DNA of 64,000 nucleotides, taken from NCBI RefSeq assembly GCF_963921235.1, contig NC_086097.1, forward strand, positions 37,078,001 through 37,142,000. The letters run 5' to 3'. Source of the stretch: Mobula hypostoma. Its lineage: Eukaryota. The notes under the pieces are model-generated. The model was not told the origin of the DNA, ran no database searches, and saw only the letters and a list, made by a program, of their open reading frames with translations. Made by a program: the position numbers and the translations under genes. Shown in pieces: positions 1-12,893 of the stretch. The first letter of the stretch is position 1. Every line of letters starts with the position of its first letter.

Positions 1-330
1 TTAAGTCCACACTGAGTACAGCACTGGCCTCCATATTTAAAAAAGAATATATCTGCATTGGAGGCATTCAAAGATTTACTAGGCTGATGCATGAGATGAA
101 GGTTGGGCAGATTAAGATGATACCCATTGCAGTTTTGAGGAATGAAGACTGATTTCATTGATCCTTATAAAGTTCTCCCAGACACTGACGGGGCAGATGT
201 GGGGAGAGTGTTTCCCTTATTTGGTGAATAGAACTGGGCTCAGAATCTCAGAATAAGCATGGGCCAATTAAGACAGAGATGAGGATTTTTTTCACTCAGA
301 CATTGACAAAACAGAATTTCAAAACTGAGA
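1..330 (+). mobile_element. Old CR1 LINE 3' fragment
   Basis: Degenerate match to the CR1 ORF2 C-terminal region seen better preserved at 21150-21500 (HLEYC, LRIR, gagatgagg...ttcactcaga). Confidence 0.65.
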
Positions 331-820
331 ATTGTCTAGCTATTGCCACATTCCCTCATTTCTTTATAGTTCAAAAACCATCTCTATTTTGAACATGCTC
401 ATTAAGTGAGCCTTCACAACCCTCTGGAAATCCATTCCAAATGACCAATCTATATATTGAATCTACAATTCTAACTCTAAACAACCAACCCTAGAAAAGG
501 TTTTACAGTATAGATGCTAAAACCTTTATATTTTAAATGAAATTATTTTTCATCATTCTAAATACTGACTATGGGTGTATTCCAATCGATTAGTCCTTAC
601 GTGATAACTTTTCATGCAGTAATCAAATACATCTTTTCTGCAACACCTCCAAGTGACTTTTTTCCTGAGTAAGGATGTCAACATTATACACTGACACAAA
701 CTATTTTAAAAAAATGGAATAACCCCCTTGCAACTTTGTCATTGTTTGAATTTTAGGATGGAAATCCAGTTAGACAACATGTTTTGGTCAAAAAGTTTCT
801 TTCTAGAAAGAAAAGATTAC

Positions 821-860
821 CTCCGATGTTCTGTATCAATATTGCAACAGCAACCAAAAC
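821..860 (-). CDS. SLC38A6: SLC38A6 coding exon 5 (gene continues beyond the left edge)
   Basis: cttcag|GTT...GGA G|gtaatc, 40 nt. Encodes VLVAVAILIQNIG, the SLC38 QNIG motif. Confidence 0.93.
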
Positions 861-1586
861 CTGAAGAAAACAGAACAAACCTCAGTTTGTATCTAACTGA
901 TGTCCTGAATAACAAATACAACCAATTAGTCATGTCGCGAAGAATATTTTGTGTTTTTTTTTGCACAGTAAAATCTCAAAAGCAACTGAGGTATCTATTA
1001 AGCTCTAACATCGATGCAGGAAAGACTATTGCCCAGAATGCTTTGGAATTCCCCAAGGGCATCTCAGTCTAATGCTACATCTAAAAGATTTTTCCAACAA
1101 CAAAGAAATCCTTAAGTGCTATAATGAAATATCAACCCAGATTATGAGCTCAAGTTCTGCAAATGAGTTTAAGATCGTAACTTTCGAATCAGAGGCAGGA
1201 ACACTGAGTGTTTAGTGATCATTATATCATGCAGGAATGTAATAGTCTATCTGCAGTGTGAAGGTACCCAACATTGCTGATTATTCTGGCTCTACAGTTT
1301 TAATCCCTTTCCCCGCGGCAAATAAAGCATCACCCTAAGCAAGCAAATATTTTATTACTTGAAGCAATTCTTAACTTTAAATTTTGTACACAGGGTGATC
1401 GTGTGAACGTGTTGACAGACTGGTCGACATAAAAGAAATGAGCAAAGGAAAATAGCTTGCTTTCAATGAATGAGATTATTTACAGTGCTCTGCTGATATG
1501 CATGGCTTATTACCAGGGAAAGATAACAAGGGCTTGTCAGTGAATGTAATAAACCTGGATGAAGCACAACAAACATCTTTTATTAC

Positions 1587-1639
1587 CTTTCCAGTTGTTT
1601 TAAAGGCCTGAAACCCCAGGTCTTCATAGGATGTTAGCG
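1587..1639 (-). CDS. SLC38A6: SLC38A6 coding exon 4
   Basis: ttatag|CG CTA...GGA AAG|gtaata, 53 nt. Encodes (A)LTSYEDLGFQAFKTTGK, the SYE.LG..AF...GK motif. Confidence 0.95.
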
Positions 1640-1889
1640 CTATAAATATACAAAGCAGATATAGTTAACAGAACTGGGCTTATTGTTTACTGTGTAGCTT
1701 CAAGATTTCATGAATGTAATTCAAGACTTTTTATTTAAAATAGCAGCTCCATAAATACCTAATTAAATGGAATAGTGAGTATTATTAATACAATAACTAT
1801 GTCATTAGATAATTCAAACTGAACTCTAAATTAAACACTTCTGAGACAACTTCCACAGGGAGGGTAGAAGAGCTTGGTCCTGCACTCAC

Positions 1890-1963
1890 CAGTCTGTTGA
1901 CATAACTCCAGCAGCAGATGAACTGAGTACGCAGCCAAGAAAGCAACTATCAGCAAGAGAATG
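1890..1963 (-). CDS. SLC38A6: SLC38A6 coding exon 3
   Basis: ttgcag|C ATT...ACT G|gtgagt, 74 nt. Encodes (C)ILLLIVAFLAAYSVHLLLELCQQT, matching the SLC38 YSVHLLL motif; phases fit the neighbouring exons. Confidence 0.95.
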
Positions 1964-2859
1964 CTGCAAATACAAAACATTAAGTACACAGTTACTGACA
2001 AAAATGAAACCTGTGCACTTTACCTGAAATAAACACAACTGTCATAGTTGACATACAATGAACCCCTAAATTTTCTGTGGTTACACAGATATAGCACCAA
2101 AAGGATCCAGACTGAATATCATTCTTGATTTATAATCCAATATAAAAAAAATGGAGTAGAATACTTAACCATTCAGCGTTCCAATAATTGGGCTGATTTC
2201 TGTCTAGACACATACAATTGCAATCAGGCTTTTATGGTTCATTTGTTAACATTCTCACTCCTATCAGTTCAATTGTAATTTCCATTCTTTACAGTTTAAA
2301 AATATGGTAGTAACTGACTCCCATGTAATGATAAAATGTTGTACAGTTTGGAGACAAATTTAAAACAAAGGTCCAATCAGCTTGATCAGGTGTGCAAAGA
2401 TCTTACCACCCCTCTCAAAGAGCACCAAATCTCTTTCCAATATTTCCCCTCAGCAACACCGCAGCTTTTGGGAACTTGGTGCATTCACTGACACCCACAT
2501 ACAATCCCAGGTAAAATGTGACAGCAGAATAAAATTTAAAATATTATACATTATTCTGCCTACAATTCCTCAAATTCAACCTTGCAACAATGTTTGTTGT
2601 TGTATAGCAATTTCAATTTTCATATTGGTTGTTTAAAAAAAGCAGAAGTTCCAGGGATACAAATGTCAAAATGCCTCTTTTGATTGAACGTTAGCAACAT
2701 TTACATATTTCCCATCTGTTGTGCCACATATTCATGGGGGAAAATGAAAAATATATTCACTGGTACCTCACATAGTGCTCAGGATACCTTCCCAGGAACA
2801 AGGGCACTAGCACTAGTGGTATCAATGGAAAACAGGGCCATTATGACAGTATATATGGG

Positions 2860-3114
2860 ATGGCGTAATGCCTCAGAGTCTCAGAGACCTGGATTCAATC
2901 CTGACTTCCAGTGCCATCCAGGTTTTTTCCCTTGTGATAGTGCGAATGTCCTCTGGATACTCCAGTTTCCTTGTACATTTCAGAAATATGCAAGCTGGTA
3001 GGCTGATTTGTAAACTGGCCTTAGTACGTAGGTGAATGGTGAAGTCTGGGGGACCTGATGAGAATAAAACCCATTTTATTAGTGCAAATAGGATACTTCA
3101 TTATTGAACAAACT
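2860..3114 (+). mobile_element. Degenerate tRNA-derived SINE
   Basis: B-box-like ggattcaatcc followed by a core resembling the SINE at 31946. Confidence 0.45.
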
Positions 3115-3128
3115 TGGTAGGATGAAGG

Positions 3129-3355
3129 CAAACAACAGGAATTCTGCAGGTGCTGGAAATTCAAGCAACACACATCAAAGTTGCTGGTGAACGCAGAAGG
3201 CCAGGCAGCATCTGTAGGAAGAGGTGCAGTCGACGTTTCAGGCCGAGACCCTTTGTCAGTCCTGACGAAGGGTCTCGGCCTGAAACGTCAACTGCACCTC
3301 TTCCTACAGATGCTGCCTGGCTGCTGCGTTCACCAGCAACTTTGATGTGTGTTGC
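3129..3355. mobile_element. Fold-back Penelope-derived element with hammerhead motif and 14-bp TSD
   Basis: Inverted arms of ~95 bp (3164-3356) centred at ~3260, with the same sequence as the 3' terminus of the Penelope-like copy at 11404-12893. Flanked by TGGTAGGATGAAGG (3115-3128) and TGGTAGGATAAAGG (3356-3369). Confidence 0.88.
3257..3294 (+). ncRNA. Minimal type I hammerhead ribozyme motif
   Basis: cagtc-CTGACGA-aggg tctcgg cct-GAAA-cg-TC-aactg; the CUGANGA/GAAA/UH core is intact. Confidence 0.7.
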
Positions 3356-4340
3356 TGGTAGGATAAAGGATTTTGTTTCCCTCCTGTATATCTCTATGGA
3401 CAGTGGTTTAAACCCTGGCCCTCCTCAAACTCTGTGCTGTAATCCTTGCTAAGTGTTCAGTACTCTTCTGGCACTCACACAGCAATAAGACAGTTGAATA
3501 ACCACAAGGCTCAGTATGGAATACGTCACACTTCCTTATCATTGATCTTGCTGTCATGGGGAATTCTTCCTGCTGGAGAGAAAGCCACGCAGTCAAAGAT
3601 GGAGACAAAGGCTTCCATCACATCCAAGAGGATGAGATGAAGATAACACAGGGTTCAGGCCATCTGCCAGCATAACAACTACCAGTCAGTCCTCTGCAAT
3701 GCTCCAGATTCATGATGCCAGTCAGGACCCCAAGCCCCATATTTCCGTGTTCAGTAGTCACACTGTTCAACCCAACACCAGTCCTCACGAGCAGCTTCTG
3801 CACACTGTCTCAGTGGTTCACTCCGTACCACGCGGCAACAAGATCACCACTTATTACTGCAGGAATGCCAGCGAAGGACAGGAGTTCACACCAGGTTTCC
3901 CCCGAGCATAGCAGGGCACAACTCAAACACATCTTTTCTGGGCTGTGAATGCTTAGCCTCCAAAACCAAGTGCACTTCTACAAATCAGTGCTGTGTAGGT
4001 CAAGCTAGATGGAATATTGACGTAAATGCAAATGAAGAAATATTCCACACACTTTCAGCTTAGTCCTAGGTAACTAGAGGCACTTTTGAGTAGTCAGCTT
4101 TCTGGGGCTCTGTCAACTTTATTAGCACCTTGACTAATAATTGTCAATTATTACATCATGTTGAATTCCAGCAGCTAATATGTTATTACAACTGTTCCAG
4201 TGTTTTTACTTATGACTCTTACAATTTTATTACGACCTTTAGAAACACCTAATACTCAGATTCTCATGTTCAATTAAAAACAATTAGCTCAGATCAGCCA
4301 GCAAATGAAATCACACTCAACGATAGTTTTTGCTTTCTTA

Positions 4341-4475
<135 letters not shown>

Positions 4476-5457
4476 TCAAAATAAAGTTACAATACAATGG
4501 ATTTAAAAGTACAGTTTCAGAAAAGTGTCCATATCAGGAGAAATAGCCCCACACTAGAATCTAGTTATGCCATTTCGTCAAGGTAATTTCAGTCCCATTG
4601 TATCTGGTACACCCCAGCTTACGTATGCCCAGCTGAAGGACACCCTGTAAACATTAGCAAGCATTTGGGAGGCCAGAGGAATGAATGCAGATGGAGTTAC
4701 TGGCTGCTTTGGAGCCGCAGGCACCTTCTGCCAGGCAGGAATTTCTACTTATTTCTCTCTCCACTCTGCCCACCAAGAGGCAACAACCACAACTTCAGAT
4801 TTTATCTGAGCTCAGTCTAGCCATTTTTAACCTTTTAGTTCAGCTGTTCTGCACCCACTGTTTCCTCACAGGCCACTTTATCCAAAAGATTACCTCTAAT
4901 CATCAATTAATTAGTCAATACTCTGTGTGAAGTTTCATCAGAGCCCTTCAGGAAAAGAAGACAGTGGATCCGCTGGGTAGTTCACTGAACAGAATGCACA
5001 TGTTATTTGGCAGAACCCCTGAACACCAAAAGTTCGAAACTTTCTATGACACCCAGCACCAAGTGGGGAGCTTGAGGTTTTGGTGCAGAAGCTATGTTGA
5101 GGAGAGACAGAGGCTCCAGGTAGAATTCCCCCCCGCCCCCAGGTAACTTTCTTTCTTTCCTTATTTATTGCACAGTTAGAGCAGTAGGAATGCTAGGCAG
5201 GATAGTGGAATGCGGTAAGGTAGGAAGATCTCCAGTGTCCCTGACGATTAAACCTGCAAGAAGTGCATCCAGCTGCAGCTTCTTACAGAATGCGCTGGAG
5301 AACTGGAGCTGGACAAACTCCAGATTATTTTGGAGACTGAGGGGTTGATTGAAAGGGACTCATATAACTGGCTGACCATCAGGAGGGGAAAGGGGATAAG
5401 CAGACAGAATAGGGTACTATTGTGGACGTTTCTCTCAATAAAAAGTGTGCCACTTTA

Positions 5458-5657
5458 TACGAGGGGTAATTGACTTCCAGAAAGTGGTCCACAGCAGGGA
5501 TGATTGATAAGTTCGTGGCCTAAGGTAGAAGTTGAGTTATTAACTTCAAATTTTCTGCATTTTCACTCAAAGAGTTGAACTGCATGTGCATGTAACGAGA
5601 GCTGTATAACTCATCTCCTTCTACCTTAGGCCACAAACTTATCAATCACCCCTCGTA
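5458..5657. mobile_element. Mariner-derived MITE inserted in CR1 ORF1
   Basis: Ends TA-CGAGGGGT...ACCCCTCG-TA; shares internal sequence with the element at 55794-56242. Confidence 0.8.
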
Positions 5658-5774
5658 TACTACTGGGGGGAGGGGATGGCTTAGCAGAGGAAAGCCGCAG
5701 CAGTCAGATCTCTGGCACTGAGTCTGGTTCTGCAGCTCAGAGGAGAAAGAAAGAGAAGAGGTGATCTGCAGTAA

Positions 5775-5944
5775 TAGAAACATAGAAACATAGAAAATAG
5801 GTGCAGGAGTAGGCCATTCGGCCCTTCGAGCCTGCACCGCCATTTATTATGATCATGGCTGATCATCCAACTCAGAACCCTGCACCAGCCTTCCCTCCAT
5901 ACCCACTGATCCCCGTAGCCACAAGGGCCATATCTAACTCCTTC
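5775..5944 (-). mobile_element. Short CR1 3'-tail insertion in antisense
   Basis: (tagaaaca)n tail plus the reverse complement of the 3' end of the young CR1 (21590-21720); cagtaat occurs on both sides. Confidence 0.8.
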
Positions 5945-8900
5945 ACAGTAATCACAGTGATTCATTGGTTAGAGAAACAGACAAGAGGTTCTGTGGGCAA
6001 GAACGAGGTTCCGAGATGGTTTATTGCCTTGCAGGTACCAGGGTCAATCATATCTCAGATTGAGTATGTGGCATTCTTAATTGGGTGAGTGAGCAGTCTT
6101 AGGTTGTGGTCCACATTGGTACCAATGACACTTGTAGGAAAGGTGACAAGGTCCTGCAAAGTAAGCTTAGGGAGTTAGGTACTAAATTAAGGGGTAGGAC
6201 CTCCAGGGTTGTGATCTTGGGATTGCTACCCATGCCAGGTGGGGTTTAATCTAGTTTTGCAGGAGGTTGAGAACCAGATTGCCAGAACAGTGAGTGGAGA
6301 GGTTGTGGAGGCAGATATTGGTAAGACCTCAGACAAAGTTAAGGAATCAAAAGGTCGAGCATGGTGTGACTAGTGACCTGTGCTGTCTATATTTAAATGC
6401 AAGAAATATTGTTGGAAAGGCGGATAATAGTGCTGAAGATGAGGGTTGCTGGTTTACAAACAGAGGCAATGTGTAGTGAGGAGAGGCTGTTGATAGGGCA
6501 AAATTGCAGTCAACAGGATGAGTTGCAATGTAAAAGGCAAACAAAATCAAAAAGGGTGAAAACAGGACAGAAGGTGTTATATTTGAATGCCCACAGTATA
6601 CAGAATAAGGTAGATGAACTTGTAGCACAATTACAGACTGGCTGGTATGATGTTGTAGGCATCACTGAATCATGGCTGAAAGAAGATTATAGCTGGGAAC
6701 TTAATATCCAAGGATACACATTGAATTAAAAGGTCAGGCAGGAAGGCAGAGGAGGCGGTGTTGCTTTGTTGGTAAAAAATCATTAGAGAGGACATAGGGT
6801 TGGAAGGTGTTGAATCATTGTGGATAGAACTAAGGAACTGCAGGGGTTAAAAGACCCTAATGGGAGTTGTATACAGACCCCCAAACAGTAGTAAGGATGT
6901 GGCCTACAACTTACAATGGGAGATAGAAAATGCATGCCAAAAGGCCAATGTTCCAATAGTCATGGGGGATTTCAATATGCAGGTAGACAGGGAAAATCAG
7001 GTTGATGGTGCATTACAGGAGGGGGAATTTCTAGAGTGTCTGTGAGATGTCTTTTCAGAGCAGCTCGAGGTTGAGCCCACTAGAGGATTGGCTATTCTGG
7101 ATTGACCCTTAGGTCAAAGAACCCTACCTGATTGAATTCACCTTGAAATTTGAGAAGGAAAAGCTGAAGTCAGATGTATCAGTACTACAGTGGAGTAAAG
7201 GGAATTACAGAGGCATGAGCGAGGATTTGGCCAGAATTGATTGGAAAAGAACACTGAAAGGGGAGATGGCAGAGCAGCAATGGTTGGAATTTCTGGAAGC
7301 AATTCAGAAGACACAGGGTATATATATCCCAAAGGGGAAAGACTTTCACAACCATGGCTACAAGAGAAGTCAGAGCCAACATAAAAGCCAAAGAGAAGGC
7401 ATTTAATAGACAAAAATTAGTGGGAAGTTAGAGGATTGGGAAGCTCTTAAAAACCAGAGGGCAACTAAACAAAATCATTAAGAAGGTAAAGATGGAACAC
7501 AAAAGTAAACTAGCCAATTATATTAAAGAGGATACCAAAATTTCTTCAGATGCATAAAGTGTAAAGAGAGGCGAGACTGCTGGAATTGATGTTCAAGAGG
7601 TAGTAATGGGGGACAACGAAATGGCAGATGATCTGAATAAGTATTTTGCATCAGACTTCACTGTGGAAGTTCCAGGTGTCAGAGGTCATTAAGTGTGTGA
7701 AGTTACCATAACTAGAGAGAAGGTTCTTGGGAAACTGAAAGGTCTAAAGGTACATAAGTCACCTGGACCAGATGGTGTACACCCCAGAGTTCTGAAAGCG
7801 GTGGTTAAAGAGATCATGGAGGCATTAGTAATAGTCTTTCAAAAATCACTAGATTCTGAAATGGTTCTGCAGAATAGCAAATATCACTCCATTCTTCAAG
7901 AAGGGAGAGAGGCAGAAGAAAGGAAACTGTAGACCAGTTAGTTTGACCTCAGTGGTTGGGAAGATATTGGAGTTAATTATTAAGGATGAGGTCTTAGGGT
8001 ACTTGGAGGCACATGATAAAATAGGCCATAGTTAGTATGGCTTCAGGGGAAAATATTGCCAGAAAAATCTGTTGGAATTCTTTGAAGAAATAACAAGCTG
8101 TATAGTCAAAAGAGAATCGGTTGATGTTGCGCTGTAAAGACCTTTGACAAGTTGCCACATAAGTGACTGCTTAACAAGCTGCAAGCCCATGGAATTACAG
8201 GAAAGATTCTAGCATGAGTAAACCAGTAACTGATTTGCAGGAGCAAAGAGTGGGAATAAAGGGAGCCTTTTCTGGCTGACTGCCAGTGACTAGTGGTGCT
8301 CCACAAGGGTCTGTGTTAGGACCGATTCTTTTTCGTTTATATGTCAATTTGGATGATAGAATTGATGGCATTGTTGCAAAGTTTTCAGACGATATGAAGA
8401 TAGGTGGAGGGGCAGGTAGTTTTGAGGAAGTAGAGAGGCTACAGAAGGACTTAGATTAGGAGAATGGACAAAGAAATAGCAGATGGAATACAGCGTCGGA
8501 AAGTGTATGGTCATGCACTTTGGTAGAAGAAATGAAAGGGTTGACTATTTTCTAAATGGACAGCCAGTACAAAAAACCGAGGTACAAAGGGACTTATGAG
8601 TCCTTGTGCAGGATTCTCTAAAGGTTAATTTGCAGGTTGAGTCTATGGAAGGCAAATGCAATGTTAGCATTCATTTCAAGAGGACTAGAGTCTAAAAGCA
8701 AGGATATAATGCTGAGGCTTTATAAAGCACCGGTGAGGTCTCAGTTGGAATAGTGAGAGAAATTTTGGGCCCCTTATCTTAGAAAGGATGTGTTGAAACT
8801 AGAGGGTTCAAAGGATGTTCATGAAAGTGATCCCAGGATTGAATGCTTGCCATATAAAGAGCGTTTGATGGTTCTAGGCCTGTATTCATTAGAATGCAGA

Positions 8901-9559
8901 AGAATCAGGGATGACCACATTGAAACCTATCGAATGGTGAAAAGCCTTGACAGAGTGGATGTGGAAATAATGTTTCCTGTGGTGGGAGAGCCTAAGACCA
9001 AAGGACACAGCCTCAGAATAGAGGGGTGTCCTTTTAGTACAGAAATGAGGAGGAATTCCTTTAGCCAGAGATTGGTAAATCTGTGAAATTCTTTGCCACA
9101 GGCGGCTGGGGAGGCAAAGTCTTTATGTATATATATAAGGCAGAGATTGATAGGTTCTTGATTGGTCAGAGTATGAAGGGATATGGGAAGAAGGCAGGAG
9201 AATGGAGCTGAGAAGAAAATTGGATCAGCCATGATGAAATTGCGGAGCAGACCCGATGGGCCATATGGCCTACTGTGCTCCTATATCTCATGGTCTTATG
9301 GTCTATTACTCATCAGAGCGACTCATCACAAATACAAGCTGAATTGTTTGATCAGCAATTACTTGCCTGCTGCCAAACACTGTCCTTTGAGACCAACTTC
9401 ACGAACTTCCCTAAACTCAGTACATTGAGTCAAGGGCAGTTGAAAATATGCAGTTATTTATTTCATCAACATTCAATCTCATTGCATTCCAACATTTTTC
9501 TGTCTTCCAAGGACCCTAATTACATTATTCCAAAAACTTTCATTCAATGAACTCATTCA

Positions 9560-9915
9560 AGGACATCATCAAGGAGCAATGCCTCAAAAAGGTGACATCT
9601 ATCATTAAGGACTGCCATCACTGAGGTCCTGCCCTGTTCTCATTGCTACCATCAGGAAGGAGGTACAAGAGCCTGAATGCACACACTCAACAGTTTAGAA
9701 ACAGCTTCTTCCCCTCTGCCAACCGATTTCTGAATGGACATTGAACCCATGAACACTACCTAAATACCATTTTATTTTTGCACTACTTATTTAATTTAAC
9801 TATTTAATATATACATTCTTACTGTAATTTATAGTTTGTTTCTCTTCTATTATTATGTATTGCATTATACTGCAGTCACAAAGACAACAAATTTCACAAC
9901 ATAAGCCAGTGATAT
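9560..9915 (+). mobile_element. Rex1/Babar-like LINE 3' end
   Basis: Encodes LFSLLPSGRRYKSL...FRNSFFPSA, followed by a 3' UTR shared with other copies in the window. Confidence 0.75.
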
Positions 9916-9919
9916 TCAC

Positions 9920-10182
9920 CTTTCCTGCCTATCACCTCCCTGCTTCCTCTCCCCCACCCCTTTATCTTTCCCCTGACTGGTTTTTCACCTGGAACCTTCC
10001 AGCCTTCTCCTTCCCACCCTCTTTATAGGGCCTCTGCCCCTTCCCTCTTCAGTCGTGACGAAGGGTTCCGGCCCAAAACATTGGCTGATCGTTTCCACGG
10101 ATGCTGCCCGACCTGCTGAGTTCCTCCAGCGCATTGTGAGTGTTGCTTTGACCCCAGCATCTGCAGAGTATTTTGTGTTTGC
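9920..10182 (+). mobile_element. Penelope-like 3' terminal fragment with decayed hammerhead
   Basis: Pyrimidine-rich tract, then gtgacgaagggttccggcccaaaac, then gatgctgcc...cagcatctgcag. Confidence 0.75.
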
Positions 10183-10559
10183 CCGTGATAGTAAATCTGA
10201 ATCTGATTATCTCATGCCACCGGCAAGCATTTTTAAAATAAATGATACAGCAAAATAAGCACTTATAAAAGCTCAGTCACTGACAGAATGAAGTAGTTAT
10301 TTCCTTCAAAATTCCAATTTCTTTCAAAGTGGTGCTAGTAACTATAGAATGGAGTAAATCCCTTGTTCTTTCAAAAGTACTACATGGTCTTCCGTTTCCA
10401 ACCAGAGATACAAACAGGTTAGTCCTCACATTAAGTCCAATTCTATTCACATTCTCTAGATCAAAGCTATAACTATGTGAACTCATATTGGTCTAAGCTA
10501 CATCTGTTTTTGTTTCAGTCCTATTCAGACCTTCTCCCTTTGCTTTTTTACCAACACAT

Positions 10560-11200
10560 TCAATCAGAATCAGGTTTATTACTCCTGACACATCAGGAAA
10601 TGTGCTGCTTTGCGGCAGTACAGTGCAAGGTATAGAAATTACTGTGAATTACAATCAATAGATAACGGAACAATGTAGAGTTCATGGACCATTTGGAAAA
10701 TAGATGGTGGAAGGGAAGAAGCTGTTCCTGCAATGGTGAGTTTGAGTCTTCAAGTCCCTGTACCTCCTCCCTGATGGTAGTAATGAAAACAGCATGACCC
10801 AAATGGTAAGGGTCCTTAATGATGAATGCTGCCTTCCTGATGCACCACCTTTTGAAGCTGTCCTCAATGGTGGGCGAATGGTGGAGCTAACTGAGTCTAC
10901 AACCTTCTGCAGCCTCATTTAGTCCTCCGCACTGGAACCACCATGTCACTTGGTACTGCAACCAGTCAGAGTGCTCACCATCTTTAGAAATTGGCAAGAG
11001 TCTTTGGTGACATAGCAAATCTCCTCAAGCCCTTAACAAAGTAGAGCCACTGGTGTGCCTTCTTCAGGATTGCATCAATATGTTGGGCACAGAGTAGACG
11101 CGCTGCGATGTTGACACCCAGGAACTTGAAGTCACTCATCCTCTCTAGTGCTGACACAACAATAAAGAATGCTGTAGGCTCTCCTGACTTCCCTTTCCTA
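10560..11200 (-). mobile_element. Rex1/Babar-like LINE 3' fragment
   Basis: Minus ORFs FKFLGVNI...KKAHQWLYFVKGLRRFAMSPKTLANF and LLPSGRRYRDL...RNSFFPS. Confidence 0.8.
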
Positions 11201-11403
11201 GTGTCGCTTCCTGCACTAATGCAGAACTTCAAAATATCATCATTTTTGCAGTCTGTTCCCAAGCTGCTCGTCTGTATATAACCTATTTCACGTGATCCTT
11301 TCCCTTCTGTATCTTTTAAAACACACAGACTCCTACGGTGATCTTATTTCTACTTCCTGACAGGCTGCCTCCTGTACAAGCTCTGCTCAGTTCTCCCAGC
11401 TTC

Positions 11404-12893
11404 CTGTATTGGCGCTGCTTCCTGCACGCATGCGGAGCTCGTTGACTTCATTAACTTTACCTCCAACTTTCACCCTGCCCTCAAGTTTACCTGGTCCATT
11501 TCCAACACCTCCCTCCCCTTTCTAGATCTTTCTGTCTCTATCTCTGGAGACAGCTTATCTACTGATGTCTACTATAAGCCTATTGATTCTCACAGCTATA
11601 TGGACTATTCCTCTTCTCACCCTGTCTCTTGCAAAACTGCCATCCCCTTTTCGCAATTCCTTCATCTCCACCGCATCTGCTCTCAGGATGAGACTTTTCA
11701 TTCCAGGACAAGGGCGATGTCCTCCTTTTTTAAAGAAAGGGGCTTCCCTTCCTCCACCATCAACTCTGCTCTAAAACACATCTCTCCCATTTCACACACA
11801 TCTGCTTTCACTCCATCCTCCCGTCACCCCACCAGGAATAGGTTTCCCCTGGTCCTCACCTACCACCCCACCAGCCTCCGGGTCCAACATATTATTCTCC
11901 GTAATTTCCACCACCTCCAACAGGATCCCACCACTAAGCACATCTTTCCCTTCCCCCCTCTCTCTGCTTTCTGCAGGGATCGCTCCCTACGCAACTCCCT
12001 TGTCCATTCGTCCCCCCCATCCCTCCCCACTGATCAACCTCCTGGCACTTATCCTTGTAAGTGGAACAAGTGCTACATATGCCCTTACACTTCCTCCCTT
12101 ACCACCATTCAGGGCCCCAGAAAGTCCTTCCAGGTGAGGCAACACTTCACCTGAGTCAGTTGGGGTGATATACTGCATCCGGTGCTCCTGATGTGGCCTT
12201 CTATATATTGGCGAGACCCGACGCAGACTGGGAGATCATTTTGCTGAACACCTACGCTCTGTCTGCCAGAGAAAGCAGGATCTCCCAGTGGCCACACATT
12301 TTAATTCCACATCCCATTCCCATTCTGACATGTCTATCCACGGCCTCCTCTACTGTAAAGATGAGGCCACACTCAAGTTGGAGGAACAACACCTTATATT
12401 CTGTCTGGGTCGCCTCCAACCTGATGGCATGAACATTGACTTCTCTAACTTCCGCTAATGCCCCACCTCCCCCTCGTACCCCATACGTTATTTATTCATA
12501 TACACACATTCTTTCTCTCTCTCTCCTTTTTCTCCCTCTGTCCCTCTGACTATACCCCTTTCCCATCCTCTGGGTTCTTTCCCCCCCCTCCCTTTTCCTT
12601 CTCCCTGGGCCTCCTGTCCCATGATCCTCTCATATCCCTTTTGCCAATCACCTGTCCAGCTCTTGGCTCCATCCCTCCCCCTCCTGTCTACTCCTATCAT
12701 TTTGGATCTCCCCCTCCCCCTCCCACTTTCAAATCTCTTACTAGCTCTTCCTTCAGTTAGTCCTGACGAAGGGTCTCGGCCCAAAACGTCGACTGTTCCT
12801 CTTCCTAGAGATGCTGCCTGGCCTGCTGCATTCACCAGCAACTTTGATGTGTGTTGCTTGAATTTCCAACATCTGCAGAATTCCTCGTGTTTA
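11404..12893 (+). mobile_element. Penelope-like retroelement, 5'-truncated (RT C-terminus, GIY-YIG endonuclease, terminal repeat)
   Basis: IGAASCTHAELVDFINFTSNFHPALKFTW...FLDL...YYKP; linker CKWNKCYICPY; GVIYCIRCS*CGLLYIGET...HF...LEEQHLIF..G.LQPDGMN (GIY-YIG). Hammerhead motif at ~12758-12795 with GAAA changed to AAAA. Confidence 0.92.

Larger units (their letters stand above)
5150..9305 (+). mobile_element. Near full-length decayed CR1 LINE (ORF1 esterase plus ORF2 APE/RT), probably chimeric
   Basis: ORF1 SGNH-esterase motif VVHIGTND (~6105-6130); APE motifs LYLNAHSIQNK and VGITESWL; KSPGPDG; RT KFSDDMKIGG; CR1 3' tail. Many stops and frameshifts. Confidence 0.9.

Noticed and set aside
728..1072. 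114-aa plus-strand ORF
   Set aside because: It starts at TTG, has no recognisable homology, and is antisense to SLC38A6 exon 5.
10277..10486. 69-aa minus ORF in SLC38A6 intron 1, considered as an alternative first exon
   Set aside because: No recognisable homology and no convincing in-frame splice donor.
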